A stretch of 64,000 nucleotides of DNA from Octopus sinensis (lineage: Eukaryota): the NCBI RefSeq assembly GCF_006345805.1, contig NC_043001.1, forward strand, positions 45,942,001-46,006,000, in the 5' to 3' direction. This document shows positions 1 to 12,448 of this stretch, one piece after another; the first letter of the stretch is position 1; the number at the start of each line of letters is the position of its first letter. Under the pieces are notes generated by a model that was given only the letters and a program-made list of their open reading frames with translations, was not told the origin of the DNA and made no database searches. The position numbers and the translations under genes are program-made.

Positions 1-240
1 ACATAAACTGCTTCACATTATTCTTTAGATTAAGCATGGGTAAACCCCTTTTGAGAGACAGGCTGCATGAGACATGGCTCATCATCAGGCAGATTGCACT
101 ACTAAAAGAATTTAAGGTAATTTTTCATTAGGAGAGCCACAAGCTGCCCATGGCTAATTTAGATCCTTTTATGATCTCAGTTCAAATCCTGCTGAGTGAA
201 GTTGACTTTGCTTTTCATCTTTCTGGCCTTGATGCATTAA

Positions 241-366
241 CCTTTAGCATGCTTAGTGCATCATGTCATCATGAGTTTTCTCCCCTGTAGCTGAAGGTGC
301 ATTGTGTTATATTGAGAGGGGAGAAAACTCATATGGTGACATGATGTGCTCACAATGTGCTAAAGG
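241..366. mobile_element. piggyBac-like MITE (TTAA target duplication), inserted in a CORE-like SINE relic
   Basis: TTAA(237-240)|CCTTTAGCA...TGCTAAAGG|TTAA(367-370). Long sub-terminal inverted repeat catcatgtcatcatgagttttctcccct / aggggagaaaactcatatggtgacatgatg. Confidence 0.85.
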
Positions 367-504
367 TTAAATAACAGTTATGTATTGGTGATAACTCAGC
401 TAATATTATCTTTCAACGCATTGTGTCAACATGGCAAACAATTATTTTAATTTAATAGGTCTCAGATAGGAAATTTTCAATTTTAAACAATTAAGATTTA
501 TGAG

Positions 505-945
505 TGCAGGCATGGCTCAGCAGGGTTAAGAAGCTCACCTTGGAACTACACAGTTAGGGGCTCAATCCCACTGTGTAGACACTGTTAGTTGGCATCTTCT
601 GCAACTGCTGCAGGTTGACCAATATGTTGTAAGTGAAATTGGCTGAAGGAAATTGGAAGAATCCTGTTGTCTATGTGCATGTGATTGACTGCATATTCTC
701 CCCCATCTTGTCATGTGTGTGATGACTGTAAACAAAAGCCTCACCATTCATACAGTGTCGTTTATTTGCAGTCTTCCGCAAAAGTATGTCTGGGTTTCTT
801 GCTGTTTGATAGACTAGTGGATTAGTACCTTACTAAGAAACAGATGAAGATTAGCATCAGAAAGGGAAACATTCTACTTCAAAAAAGTCTCATCTGAGCC
901 CACTTAAATATGAAAAAGTAGCTGTTAAAACAATGATGATAATGA
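505..945 (+). mobile_element. degenerate tRNA-headed SINE (family A head, (GAT)n-ending tail)
   Basis: Head catggctcagcagggttaagaagctc...ggctcaatcccactg, body ggaaattggaagaatcctg, tail ending gttaaaacaatgatgataatgatg. Resembles copies at 19690 and 23195. Confidence 0.6.
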
Positions 946-2416
946 TGGTTGTTTTGAAAATTTGGTTTTTGTTTTGTGTTCAAATACATGTTTTGATAAA
1001 TTTGCAAATTCTATTGAGGTCTGTATATGCATATTTCTGCCTATGTAAAGTAATCCATTTTAGTAACAAGAATTGCATGAATGTCAATGATGTTTTGTTT
1101 ATTAGAGAAAAGATATTTGGATAAAGATATTTAAATTTAACTATAAAAATAAAAATAGAATAAATATGGAGTATGTTTTTAAACAAATCTAATGACCATT
1201 GAGATATTACACACCAAAATAAGAAAAAAAGTGGGGTTGTTGAAAAATAACCTTTTAAACACACCCAAAAGTTTTTAGAATTTGTCAAGTCATTGGAAAA
1301 AAAAACAAATCAAATGCCTGACCTGCCAAAATCTATAAATATAAATTCAAAGCATGTTTGTATAGTTTCAGTATCAAAATATCAAGTCTAAAAGTCTAAC
1401 TTTTAAATCCTGTAGAGAATTCTTCAGTTCAAAATTATCCTACCGCCTTGTGCCTATCTCCTTACTCCTACCCACTCCTTTCCTCCTCCTCCTCCCACTG
1501 TCTATTTCCTTGGTTACTACTGTTTGGTTCCAAAAACTGATACTTTGCATTCACCCTTCTCTGGAGAGTTAGAAGGGATGAGGGGGTGGGTGGAGACTGT
1601 GATGGTAGTAGGGGTAATTTTGGTGTCAGTGGTTGAAACAGTGGTGGTCGAGGTGGTGGTGGTGGTGATGATGATGATGGTAAAAGTTAGTAGTTATAGT
1701 GATATCAGAAATAGATATCACATACCAAACACTTCACAGACCTAACACACTTGTATAGCACAAACACCCCCAAAACACCCAAAGCACAATACACACAAAA
1801 CAGACAAGAAAAACATTCACATATCAAGACCACCGTGCATAAAATTACACTTACGAGACACATTCACACATATGAATGCGTTTCTTAAATTCAAAACTAG
1901 AATTAAAAAAAGATTTACCTCCCAAGAATTTGAAACCCTCTCTAAGACCCTTAAGTAAAAACTATTCTAGTAGTATGAGATGCAGTGACAGCTGCCTTCG
2001 ATAGTTTTTTTAAGAGAAATTCGCATTAAATTACTGAATGTAATAGTGCAGACTCATATAGTTCTGGTAGAATAAACAGAAGGAATTCTCTCTTAAACAG
2101 CAAAATAAAACAAATTTGAAAGGAATTTTATAAACTATATTTTGGAATATTCTACAAATTTTTTTTTAATGTACAGATTGAAACAAAATATATATATTTA
2201 CAAAAAAAATATTTTGAAGAAAACCTTGCTAAAAATTAACATTCTTTTATTTTTTTTTTACTGGAGCACCGTCTATAGTCGAAGAAATTGATCCCAGGAC
2301 TTATTCTTTGTAAGCCTAGTACTTATTCTATCAGTGTCTTTTGCTGAAGTGCTAAGTTACAGGGATATAAGCATACCAGCATCGGTTGTCAAGCAATGCT
2401 GGGGGGGACAAACACA

Positions 2417-2462
<46 letters not shown>

Positions 2463-2665
2463 CATTTATATATACATATACATTTATATATACACATACA
2501 TTTATATATACACATACATTTATAGATACATACATGTATATATATACATACATTCATATATACACATACATTTATATATACACATACATTTATATATACA
2601 CATACATTTATATATACACATACATTTATATATACACATACATTTATATATACATATACATTTAT
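2463..2665 (+). repeat. 18-bp minisatellite (CATTTATATATACACATA)n, about 11 units
   Basis: Directly visible tandem units with a few variants. It explains the HIHLYI and YKCMCI repeat ORFs. Confidence 0.9.
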
Positions 2666-2668
2666 AAA

Positions 2669-3105
2669 GAATCAAATCAAAATCGATGAACATCAATGGA
2701 ATTTGTAGTTTTGTGATACCAGTGCCGGTGGCACATAAGAAAACCATCCGAACGTGGCCGTAGCCAGTACCGCATCGACTGGCCTCCATGCTGGCGGCAC
2801 GTAACAAACACCATTCGATCGTAGTCGTGCCAGCGTTGCCTGGCCTCCGTGCCGGTGGCACGTAAAAAACACCATCCGAGTGTGGCAGTTCGCCAGCCTC
2901 GTCTGGCACCTGTGCCGGTGGCACATAAAAAGCACCCACTATACTCACGGAGCGGTTGGCGTTAGGAAGGGCATCCAGCTGTAGAAACATTGCCAGATCT
3001 GACTGGCCTGGTGCAGCCTTCGGGCTTCCCAGACCCCAGTTGAACCATCCAACCCATGCTAGCATGGAAAGCGGACGTTAAACGATGATGATGATGATGA
3101 TGATT
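2669..3105 (+). mobile_element. SINE-like retroposon with internal tandem units and (GAT)n tail
   Basis: Four units containing gtgccggtggcacRtaaaa(a)cacc, then ggttggcgttaggaagggcatccagctgtagaaac...ggacgttaaacgatgatgatg. Related partial copies at 4085-4320 and 13905-14045. Confidence 0.75.
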
Positions 3106-3857
3106 TATATATACATACATTTATATATATATGTACAACAGGCTTCTTTCAGTTTCTATCTACCAAATCCACTCACAAGGCTTTGGTCTACCCAAGGCTA
3201 TAGTAGAAGACACTTGCCCAAGGTGCCATGCAGTGAGACTGAACCCAGAACCATGTGGTTGGGAAACAAGCTTCTTACCACACAGCCATGCTTGAGCCTA
3301 TACGTAACATTTTAAAATATATTAAACAGATATCTATATAGTGCTTTGTGTATTTCATATTTAATGTAAATTATAGTATCAAATAAAGTGTTGTAACAGC
3401 AGTGACGGCAATAGTAGCAGTTGTAGTAGTGCATGTTAAGGTGGTGGTGGCGGCATGGGCTTTTGATGATTGAATTAGTTTAGGTGGTTAGGAGTTGCAC
3501 TGGTGCAGTGGGTGCTTGTTCTGGTTGGTGGTGGTATGATGGTGTTGGTGGTGGCAATGACAGTGGTGTTGGTGGAGATGGTGATAGTGAGTGTAGTGGT
3601 GATGATGCTAGTGTTGGCGTTTGGTGGTAGAATTAACTGTTTGTGTGTGTGTGTGTGTGTGTGAGAGAGAGGGAGAGAGGGAGACAGTAGTGGTATTAGT
3701 GTGATGGTGTAGAAATTTGGCAGAAATGTTTTTTTATAATGGTTATGTGGTATGTGGTGAAGGATTATTTCATAAGGGATATGCAGTCTCCCTGAAAGTT
3801 CAAAAGTGCATCCAAATGCGCAAGCAATATAATACCAAAGTGTATCATTTAATTTTT

Positions 3858-4483
3858 GCTCATTTCAGTCATTGGACTGTGGCCATGCTGGATCACTTGC
3901 CTTGAAAGATTTTAGTCAAACAAGTCAACCCCAGTACTTCCATTTTTTGTTTTAAGTTTGGTACTTATTCTATAGGTCTCTTTTGCTGAACCACTAAGTT
4001 ATGGGGATGTAAAACAAACTGACACTAGTTGTTAAGCAGATGAGTGTGAGGGGCAAACACAGACACAAACACACATCTGGTGCATTGTTGTACTCAAGAA
4101 GAGTACATTGCTGTACTCGAGAAGACCTGTCCAACACAGCAGAATTGATACTGGTGCCATAAAACACCTGTGTTGGTGCCACATAAAAAGCATCCAGTCG
4201 TAGAAACAATGCCAGAACAGACAAAGGAACCAGGTGCAGTCCCTGGCCTTACCAGCTCTGGTCAAACCATCGAACCCATGCCAGCATAGAAAACATTAAA
4301 CGATGATAATGATGATGATGACACACACATACACATGTCAGGCTTCCACATAGTTTCCATCTACCAAATTCACTCACAAGGCAGTGGTTGACCAGGAGTT
4401 CCAATAGAAGACGCTCACTCAAGTAGTAGGACTGAACATGAAACCATGTGGTTGTAAAGCAAGCTTCTTAACCACACAGCTAT
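3858..4483 (-). mobile_element. family A SINE with a nested (GAT)n-tailed SINE fragment (4085-4320)
   Basis: catttcagtcattggactgtggccatgctg...ggtacttattctataggtctcttttgctgaacc at the left; aaaccatgtggttgtaaagcaagcttcttaaccacacagc head at the right. Confidence 0.7.
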
Positions 4484-4670
4484 GTAAAAATGTAGGCAAA
4501 GAAGAATTATTTGTGGGCTTGAACAACTAAGAAACCAGTGGGCCTTATTTATTTTTTTGATGCAATATCAACATGTTTAAGGAGGTAAACAGAGTTTCCA
4601 TGTGTGATCATCATGTGATCAACAGAAACCGAAAAAGAAGAGGAGGAAGGATTTCAGCTGAAGGTTGTTA

Positions 4671-5392
4671 CGGGGGGGTCGTTGAAAAGTTCCTGGCTTT
4701 GGGTAACAGAAAATCAGTTAATTATGATTTTATTCAACACTAGCAGTATCGCCCGGCGTTGCTCGGGTTTGTAAGGGAAATAACTATATAAGCATTTTTA
4801 GAGAGTTACTTCCCTTATAGATGCCAATTCGGGCTTTCTTAGCCATTTCTGTTTTGGTGTCTTCAAGCCATGAAGTCGTTGTTCTAAAAGAACGCTGGTC
4901 TCCTTGACAATGCTTTACAACGTTGATTTCCTTACACTCCCTTCCCCACAGCTTCACGAGGGAGGGAAGAAGGGGGAGAAGCAAACAGGTGCAGGTGTGA
5001 CCATGGACGCCAACTCCGCCGCCATCGACACACGAAAAATTATGCATTAAAATGGAATAAAAAATGATGTTAAATTATTTTTTAAATCGTAGACTCATCG
5101 TAGACGCGCGCTAATACTCAGACGGGCTCAATATGAATCACGACTATAAGATACCCGAATTTGGTTAAACTGCACCGCAAAATGTGGGAGTAGTTAGGAA
5201 ACTAAATCGAAGGGGACAGACACTCACACAACTACAGTTTTATATATATAGATATTCTCCTCTCAGATTCATACATTTATTGCAACAGTGCTTCAGATTT
5301 TCTAAGCCCTGTAAAAGAACTTGGAAGGTTGGGTCTCCAACCAGGCCTTTTGTGATGTCCTTAAAGCCAAGAACTTTTCAGTACCCCCCTTG
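4671..5392. mobile_element. mariner-derived MITE (TA target duplication) split by a Helitron
   Basis: TA|cgggggggtcgttgaaaagttcctggcttt ... aaagccaagaacttttcagtaccccccttg|TA. Removing 4740-5252 restores tttattcaaca|tattctcctctcag. Confidence 0.8.
4740..5252 (-). mobile_element. non-autonomous Helitron
   Basis: Minus strand reads A|TCTATATATATAAAAC ... CCCGAGCAACGCCGGG hairpin GCGATACTG-CTAG|T. This gives the 5' TC, sub-terminal GC hairpin, 3' CTAG and A|T insertion without target duplication. Confidence 0.85.
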
Positions 5393-5744
5393 TAAATTCA
5401 CCAGAAGCTAGGATAGCAAAGGTTTTTTTTTTTTTGTTTCCTTGGCAATAAGTAAAATAATATGACATATTCAATTGCTTTCACTAAAAAATTTTCTGTC
5501 CCCACCACCAACTAAGTCAATCAACCAAATAAATAAACGAAAGAATCATATATCCACTTAAACCACATCTGATCCATGCAAATGGCTGATAAAGGGATAT
5601 TAATTAGTAACTGAAACTAAGATTACAACTGTACTTTGCTAGTTGTAGAAACTGGGTATGGTGAGGGGTGCTACCTAACAGACAAGAGCTATGCAAAATT
5701 TCTGTTTGGGGATAAAAAGTGGAAACTAAAAGTTTTTGTTTACC

Positions 5745-6090
5745 CAATGACATGGTTTCAGGTTCAATCCTACTGTACAGGACCTTGAGCCAGTTTCTCC
5801 TACTACAGCCCTGGGTCAACCAAAGCCTTGTGAGTGGATCAGGTAGATGGAAACTGAAAGAAGCTTGTCATGTGTGTGTGTGTCTTTGCATTTGTCTTCT
5901 ACCACTACTTGGCAACTGGTGTTGGTTTGTTTACACCCATGTGACTTAGTAGTTTGGCAAATGAGACCAATAGAATAAATATCAGGCTTAAAAATAAGTG
6001 CCACGGTCAATTTGTTCAACAGAACCCTTAAAAATGCTGCCCCAGCATTGCTGTAGTCCAATGACTGAAACCAATAAAATAAAAGAAAAA
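5745..6090 (+). mobile_element. family A SINE
   Basis: catggtttcaggttcaatcctactg...ccaaagccttgtgagtggat...gagaccaatagaataaat...gtccaatgactgaaaccaataaaa. Confidence 0.75.
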
Positions 6091-6859
6091 GAAAAGAAAA
6101 AGCTAAGCTCACAAAGGCAAACCTTCCTCCCTAAATATTTTAATTTAATTCAAAGATTCAATAGCATTTCAAAAACTGTGACCTGCTTCCTTATTTCAGT
6201 TCACTCTTACCCCTGCCAACACTTCTATAATAGACTAACCTCTAATTCTCTAAAATGGCTTTCATTTTCAATTCAGAATTAAAAACAATGTGAACAGTAA
6301 CAATGGCAATAAAACAGATGTAGTGTATTTAAACTGTATAGACAATTTACTCAAGGACAATAAGATAATTCCTAATTAACAAGAAAAAACAACAACAGTA
6401 GTAGAAGAAGGGAAAAAAATGAGCATTGCCATTTCCCCTGCTCCACTCCAGAAACTGGGATGTGTTTGTTCATGATGATGATAATGATGATGATGGTGAT
6501 GATGGTAATGATGGTGATGATGATGATGGAGTATGAGAAATTTGATCTAGTTTTGAGATTTTGACAACAACAACATCAACAACATGAACAAAAAATAATG
6601 TTGACTTTAGTAGAAAAATATAGGTTAATTTTATTACTGACTTAATTGATGAAGCTAGAAAATGGGTACATATGTTCCCAAACTCTTGTCCTTTCTCTCA
6701 TTTTGATTTTCTGTCCCTGTATGCCTTCCTCTGATTGTCACAAACACAAACAACAGTACAACATGAGCTGACCGCCTTCTCACTATTTCTCATACACACA
6801 ATACAATATGTTGTTTTAGTAGGGAAAAAAACATGTATATATGTATGTATATATGCATG

Positions 6860-7099
6860 TCTTTATCTTTTACTTGTTTCAATCTTTGGACAACTGCACC
6901 ACTTTGGGGGCACCACTTTGAAGGGTTTTAAAGTCAAACAAATTGAGCTCAGTACTTATTTTTATTCAAGTCTGGTATTATTTTATCAATCACTTTTGCC
7001 AAATTGCTAAGTTACAGGGTATCCAAACAAACCAACATCCGTTGTCAAGTGGAAGGAGAACAAACACAAAGACACACAAACATACATGCATATATACCC

Positions 7100-7139
<40 letters not shown>

Positions 7140-7257
7140 CACAGGCTGCTTTCAGTTTTTGCCAACCAAATCTTTTCACAAGGTCAGGGCTACAGCAGAA
7201 GTCTCAGGTGACTGAATGAGAAACATATGGCTAGGATGCAAACTTCATACCACAACT
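6860..7257 (-). mobile_element. family A SINE (degenerate)
   Basis: ctttatcttttacttgtttc tail, ctaagttacagg, internal (CA)n, ggctgctttcagtttt. Confidence 0.65.
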
Positions 7258-7373
7258 GTGTGTGTGTGTGTGTATGCCTGTGCATTCACATGTATGTATA
7301 GGCATAAAAACATGTGTATATATATATATATATATAAACATGTATGATTAAGCCTTCATGTTTATGCATATAT

Positions 7374-7760
7374 AGTGGCTGTGTGGTAAGTAGCTTGTTT
7401 ACCAACCACATGGTTCTGAGTTCATTTCCACTGCATGGCACCTTGGGCAAGTGTCTTCTATAGCCTCAGGCCGACCAAAGCCTTGTGAGTGGATTTGGTA
7501 GACAGAAACTGAAAGAAGCCTGTCATATATATATATGTGTGTGTGTATATATGTATGTGTATATGTTTGTACCCCCAACATCGCTTGACAACCGACGCTG
7601 GTGTGTTTACGTCCCCGTAACTTAGCGGTTTGGCAAAAGAGACCGATAGAATAAGTACTAAGCTTACAAAGAATAAGTCCTGGGGTCGATTTGCTCGACC
7701 AAAGGTGGTGCTCCAGCATGGCTGCAGTCAAATAACTGAAACAAGTAGAAGAATAACAGA
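7374..7760 (+). mobile_element. family A tRNA-derived SINE, near full length
   Basis: Pol III A-box-like gtggctgtgtggt and B-box-like gagttcatttcc; body ccttgggcaagtgtcttcta...gaaactgaaagaagcc; internal (TA/TG)n; gagaccgatagaataagtact; tail gcatggctgcagtcaaataactgaaacaagtag. More than a dozen related copies in the window. Confidence 0.85.
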
Positions 7761-8604
7761 ATAGGTGGAGGCATAGCTGTGTGTATAGGCACAGGTGTAA
7801 CTGTGTGGTAAGAAGTTTGTTTCCCAACCACATGGTCCCAAGTTCAGTCCCACTGTGTGTGTCATCTTGGGCAAATGCCTGCTATTATAGCTCCAGGCTG
7901 ACCTAAGCCTTGTGAATAGATTTGCTAGACAGAAACTGAAAAGAAACCCATTGTGTGTGTATGAGTTACTATTGCCTTGCCTTGACACTATTTATATACA
8001 TATAAACATAAGCGCATGTGTGTGTAAGTACTTCACTGCAATATCACAGACCATGTAGCTGTAATTTAACCTCAAGGAAAAACAATAATAAACATTGTCC
8101 GTTAATTCATTCATGCATAACTTGAATATAGTCTTTAAAGGAAACATGACTCTACATTGATTCAAAAATTATTTTAAAATAATTTTCCAGCTTAAGCTGT
8201 TAATGTTATATCAAATGGCATTACTTTCATAAACCAATAAATGACATACAGAAAGTCGTTCACATATAGACAGTAACACAAACAAACACATGCATCTCAG
8301 CCTTAGAACTATAACTGCTCCAACTTTTGGATACGAAATTTCATAAGAAATAGCTTCATTTCAATGTGTAGTGCTAGAGCTCTCTTTAGTCCTTTTCTTA
8401 ACCATATTTCTGTCAAAATATACCACTTAAGTTTGAAAGTAATCAAGAATTTAGTAAAATAATTTCGTCATCGTTAAGCTGATATTTGGAACATAAATTA
8501 CAGAAAATTTTGATGGTAGGTTTTATTTAGATCACTTTAAAACAGAAAGCTTGTATCATAGAACTAGAGGTGGTTTCAGACAGGTTGGTGTCAAAAGAGT
8601 TTAA

Positions 8605-8824
8605 CCCCTTGCAGACGGGAAGCAATACTGACAGCATCGAAACACTGTGTGTGCGAGCTGTGTGATGTCTCACTTAGTGCAGCACTGAGTTTTCAAATAT
8701 ACCACATTAAGAAGAATCTTAAAATGCACTGTAAAATTCCTTGCATGAAAAATTATGTAGTTACTGAATGGCCTAATACCAGTACATAGCAGAGACTGTC
8801 AGTACTAAATCTGTCTGCAAGGGG
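8605..8824. mobile_element. piggyBac-like MITE (TTAA target duplication)
   Basis: TTAA(8601-8604)|CCCCTTGCAGAC ... GTCTGCAAGGGG|TTAA(8825-8828): perfect 12-bp terminal inverted repeat (TIR) plus sub-terminal tactgacag/ctgtcagta. Confidence 0.88.
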
Positions 8825-9299
8825 TTAAAGAACATTCTATCATTAACAGTGTATGTTTCAAGATTTGGTTAGGTCTCTATGACCTAATTGCCATTATGTC
8901 AATAAAGGTGACATCACCTTCTATTGCTATATAGCAAACTAAACACTTCAGTCAATCCTCCAAAGCTGTCATACAAACATCAACCTACAGATTTTCAAGG
9001 TTGAACTTTGTCGTCTTAACAGTCCAAGATGGACTGCAAAGGTCATAGGTACTGACATTCCTTCATTTACTGACTCTTGAGAAACAGCAGGTTAGTAACA
9101 AGAAAGGCATCCAGCCAAAATGAAAGATATGAGCACCAATCTATGAGAGAGGTAGCTTCCATAAGAACTTATTTGAACTGTGACATTCCATCTAACCCAT
9201 ACCAGTATGGAAAGCGGATGTAAAAACGTTGTTCCTGAATCTAGATACTTCATGCTATGCTCCATCTACTTTCATGAATATCCATAATGAAGATAGGAT

Positions 9300-9668
9300 T
9301 ACTCTTTTACTTGTTTCAGTCATTTGACTGCGGCCATGCTGGAGCACCGCCTTTAGTCGAGCAATCGACCCCGGGACTTATTCTTTGTAAGCCTAGTACT
9401 TATTCTATCGGTCTCTTGTGCCGAACACACCAGCATCGGTTGTCAAGCAATGCTAGGGGGACAAACAGACACACACATACATACATATATATATATACAC
9501 ATATACGACAGGCTTCTTTCAGTTTCCGTCTACCAAATCCACTCACAAGGCATTGGTCGGCCTGGGGCTATAGCAGAAGACACTTGCCCAAGATGCCACA
9601 CAGTGGGACTGAACCTGGAACCATGTGGTTGGTTAGCAAGCTACTTACCACACAGCCACTCCTGCGCC
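9300..9668 (-). mobile_element. family A SINE, full length, little diverged
   Basis: Reverse complement starts ggcgcaggagtggctgtgtggtaagtagcttgc and ends gactgaaacaagtaaaagagta. Confidence 0.88.
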
Positions 9669-9761
9669 TATAAAGCTATAAAGATTATAAAGCTTCTTTC
9701 AACATCACAAATGCTGCTGCTGCTCAAACGTCAGCTTAATGTTTAATTATCTTTTGTTTCA

Positions 9762-10015
9762 GTGGAGGCGCGTGGCTTAGTGGTTAGGGTGTCAGCATCG
9801 TGATCATAAGATTGTGGTTTCGATTCCTGGACTGGGCAACGTGTTGTGTTCTTGAGCAAAACATTTCATTTCATGTTGCTCCAGCCCACTCAGCTGGCAA
9901 AAATGAGTAACGCTGTGATGGACTGGCGTCCCGTCCAGCTGGGGAACACATACACCATTGAAACCGGGAAACTGGGCCCATGTGCCTGGCTAGGCTTTAA
10001 AAGGGTGCATTTATT
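9762..10015 (+). mobile_element. family C tRNA-derived SINE (V/Meta-like body)
   Basis: gtggaggcgcgtggcttagtggttagg (A box), gtttcgattcc (B box), gtgttgtgttcttgagcaaaac, ctgtgatggactggcgtcccgtccag. The reverse copy at 38372-38597 matches. Confidence 0.8.
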
Positions 10016-12124
10016 TTTATTTTATTTGTTTCAGTTATTGGCCATGCTGGGGCACTGCCTTGAAGAGTTCAGTTGAACAACTCAACTCCAGTACTTATCA
10101 AAGTCAGTTAGTTGTTCTATTATTCTCTTTTGCTGAACTGCTAAGTTATGGAGATGTAAACAAACCAGTACAGGTTGTCAAGTAGCTGGGGGAACATACA
10201 CAAAGACACCCCCACATACACACACTATGAAGGCGAGCGGCCTAGTGTTGCACTCAAGATATCTAGATTGTGGGTTCAGTTCCTGGACCAGACAGTACAT
10301 TGTATTCTTGAGCAAAACCCTTTATTTCATGTTGCTCCAGTCTACTCGGCTGCAAATAGATAATCCTGTGATGGAATAACCTTCTGATCAAAGGAATATT
10401 GGCCTGCTTGCCTATCCAGCAGGGAGGTATAATTCGAAAGTGGCATAGTAGAAGACATTTGTCCAAGATGCCATGCAGTAAGATTGAACCTAAAATCATG
10501 TGGTTGCACAACAAGTTTCTTAACCATATTGCCAATGTATATTTTTCCCTCCTCTTATGTACTGAGTTCACTATTTTTGTTCAAATAATCAAGATTATAT
10601 ATTATTTGTGCATATACAACTATCTATCTGTCTATCTATCTATATACATGTATGTGTGTGTTTATGCATTGGATAGGATATACGCAAACAGTACTTAGGC
10701 TATGTTAGTTTATTTCAGTGAAACTAGGAAAGTTTTATCTTCAGCTGTTTTTAGCTAGATTGCTGAACATGCCATTAGATATGGCAAGTGAGATAATGTT
10801 TACATCTATTTACTTTATATATTTCTGGGGTGTACTTATTGTAATTTCACTACTTTGCAGCTGGTAGTATTTTAGGCAAGAGTGGGGTCACACATGCGTA
10901 AGCACAGAACACACACACACACACAAACCCATGCAAGCATGACAAAATGAATGTAAAACTATTGATAATGGTGTGTGTGTGTACGTGTGTGAAGCTATAT
11001 ATACATAAATACTATAAATAGAAACATACATGTTCATATATATATGTGTGTGTGTGTATATATATATACACATATAAACATGTATATCCATTTACTAACA
11101 CTGAAATAACATTGTTCTAAGCTGCAGATATCATTACACAATTTCACTACCACATCACATATCACCACCACTCAAGTGAAGACAAGTAAACACATACTAT
11201 ATTACAACACCACACCTTCCTTTCTTTTATTTTTGTTTACACTATACCTTGAGTTAATGCCAACCAGACAGATATTAACTATTTCAAGTTCACAGTTGTT
11301 GCCAGCATTGTATAATTAAATTAGTATGAGTAGGAAGGGCAATGCCCATAGCTTTTTCATGTTCTTTCAAGACCAGGTCGAGGATAAGGAAATGTAACTG
11401 GGCAGGGTTAATATAGTTATTATTCAGTTTGAATTGTTACAAGTAAGTGGTTGTAGCAGTTGTTGTATAGGTCAGTTCTGATTGAACAGTCCTACAAGCA
11501 TACACACACACACACAAATAGAGCACGCATAAATAGTTGGCTGAATGACAAGGTATAACTCTCAGATCTGTTTTCCAAATATACCATTTTTCTGCCTATC
11601 TGAAGGCTACTCTATGCACTCTAATGCAGGGGTGGATTTGTACAGGAGTACAGAAGGTTAGTTTGAACATTGTACTGCTTAAACTTTTGCAAAAGTTAAT
11701 TGGTCAACTTGGTGAATTTGGCTGAGAAACTGGGGGAGGATGGAGTTTCAGAGATGTGTATAGTTCTGGGAAAGAAGGACTAGAGAGTAGCATGACATAA
11801 GATGGTGAGACACTATAGTCTTTATTTTTTTGGGGAAAAAATGTGTGTGAGTACATATGTTACTGATACAAACTGGCAAAAAAACTTCTGAAAAATTGGT
11901 GCTTTCAAATAAAAATACTTGATGTGATATTTGTTCTACTCAAGTTGTATAGTCACTCTCATGTCATCATTCTTGCCATTAGAAATGAAGCAAACTGTAA
12001 CCAACCAACAATGATATTGTTCATTAGATAAAATATAAAGTAGATGAATATTTACTGTAGTCTGTTAGTGACCTCATCAGTCTCTTTAAAACCAGTTTAT
12101 ATTTTATCAGTGGAGAGACTAGAT

Positions 12125-12448
12125 CAGTAGTTCTCAATCAGGGTCCATATTAGGTTTTTTGGGGTCTGCACAACAAAATAGTAATTAGGGAATCTGTAAT
12201 AGCATTTTAAGGGGGGCCCTCGGAAAAAATTTCGCTTTAGATGTATGTATTGGTATTACAAGAAACAACTAGGTTTCTTTTTCTGATGATTTGCATAGCC
12301 CAACAAGTTAATGTGTGAAAAGTAATATAGGAATTTTGAAAGAAGTATCTATAAAACTAGTTTTTAAACATTGAATGGCTATGGGGATCCACCAGAATAA
12401 AATAATAATCAAAGAGATCCACAGATAAAAAATGGTTGAGAATCCCTG
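12125..12448. mobile_element. hAT (Charlie/MER5-like) MITE
   Basis: TIRs cagtagttctcaa / ttgagaatccctg. Flanking 8-mers gactagat / ctctagat (6/8 identical) fit an NTCTAGAN-type target. Confidence 0.75.

Larger units (their letters stand above)
2243..3292 (-). mobile_element. family A tRNA-derived SINE with expanded internal minisatellite and a nested second SINE
   Basis: 3' half at 2262-2420 and head at 3137-3290 match the reverse complement of 7374-7760. Interrupted by the 2463-2665 minisatellite and the 2669-3105 element. Confidence 0.8.

Noticed and set aside
2690-2940. Repeat-spacer look of the gtgccggtggcac units (CRISPR-like)
   Set aside because: The spacers are similar to each other, there are no cas genes, the context is eukaryotic and the units are part of a retroposon.
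7374-7440. tRNA gene-like A/B boxes at SINE heads
   Set aside because: No complete cloverleaf; they continue into SINE bodies.
9287-9746. Recurrent similar peptides (LLSVSVYQIHSQG, GLILCKPSTYSIG) suggesting a gene family
   Set aside because: They are chance translations of the same SINE family.
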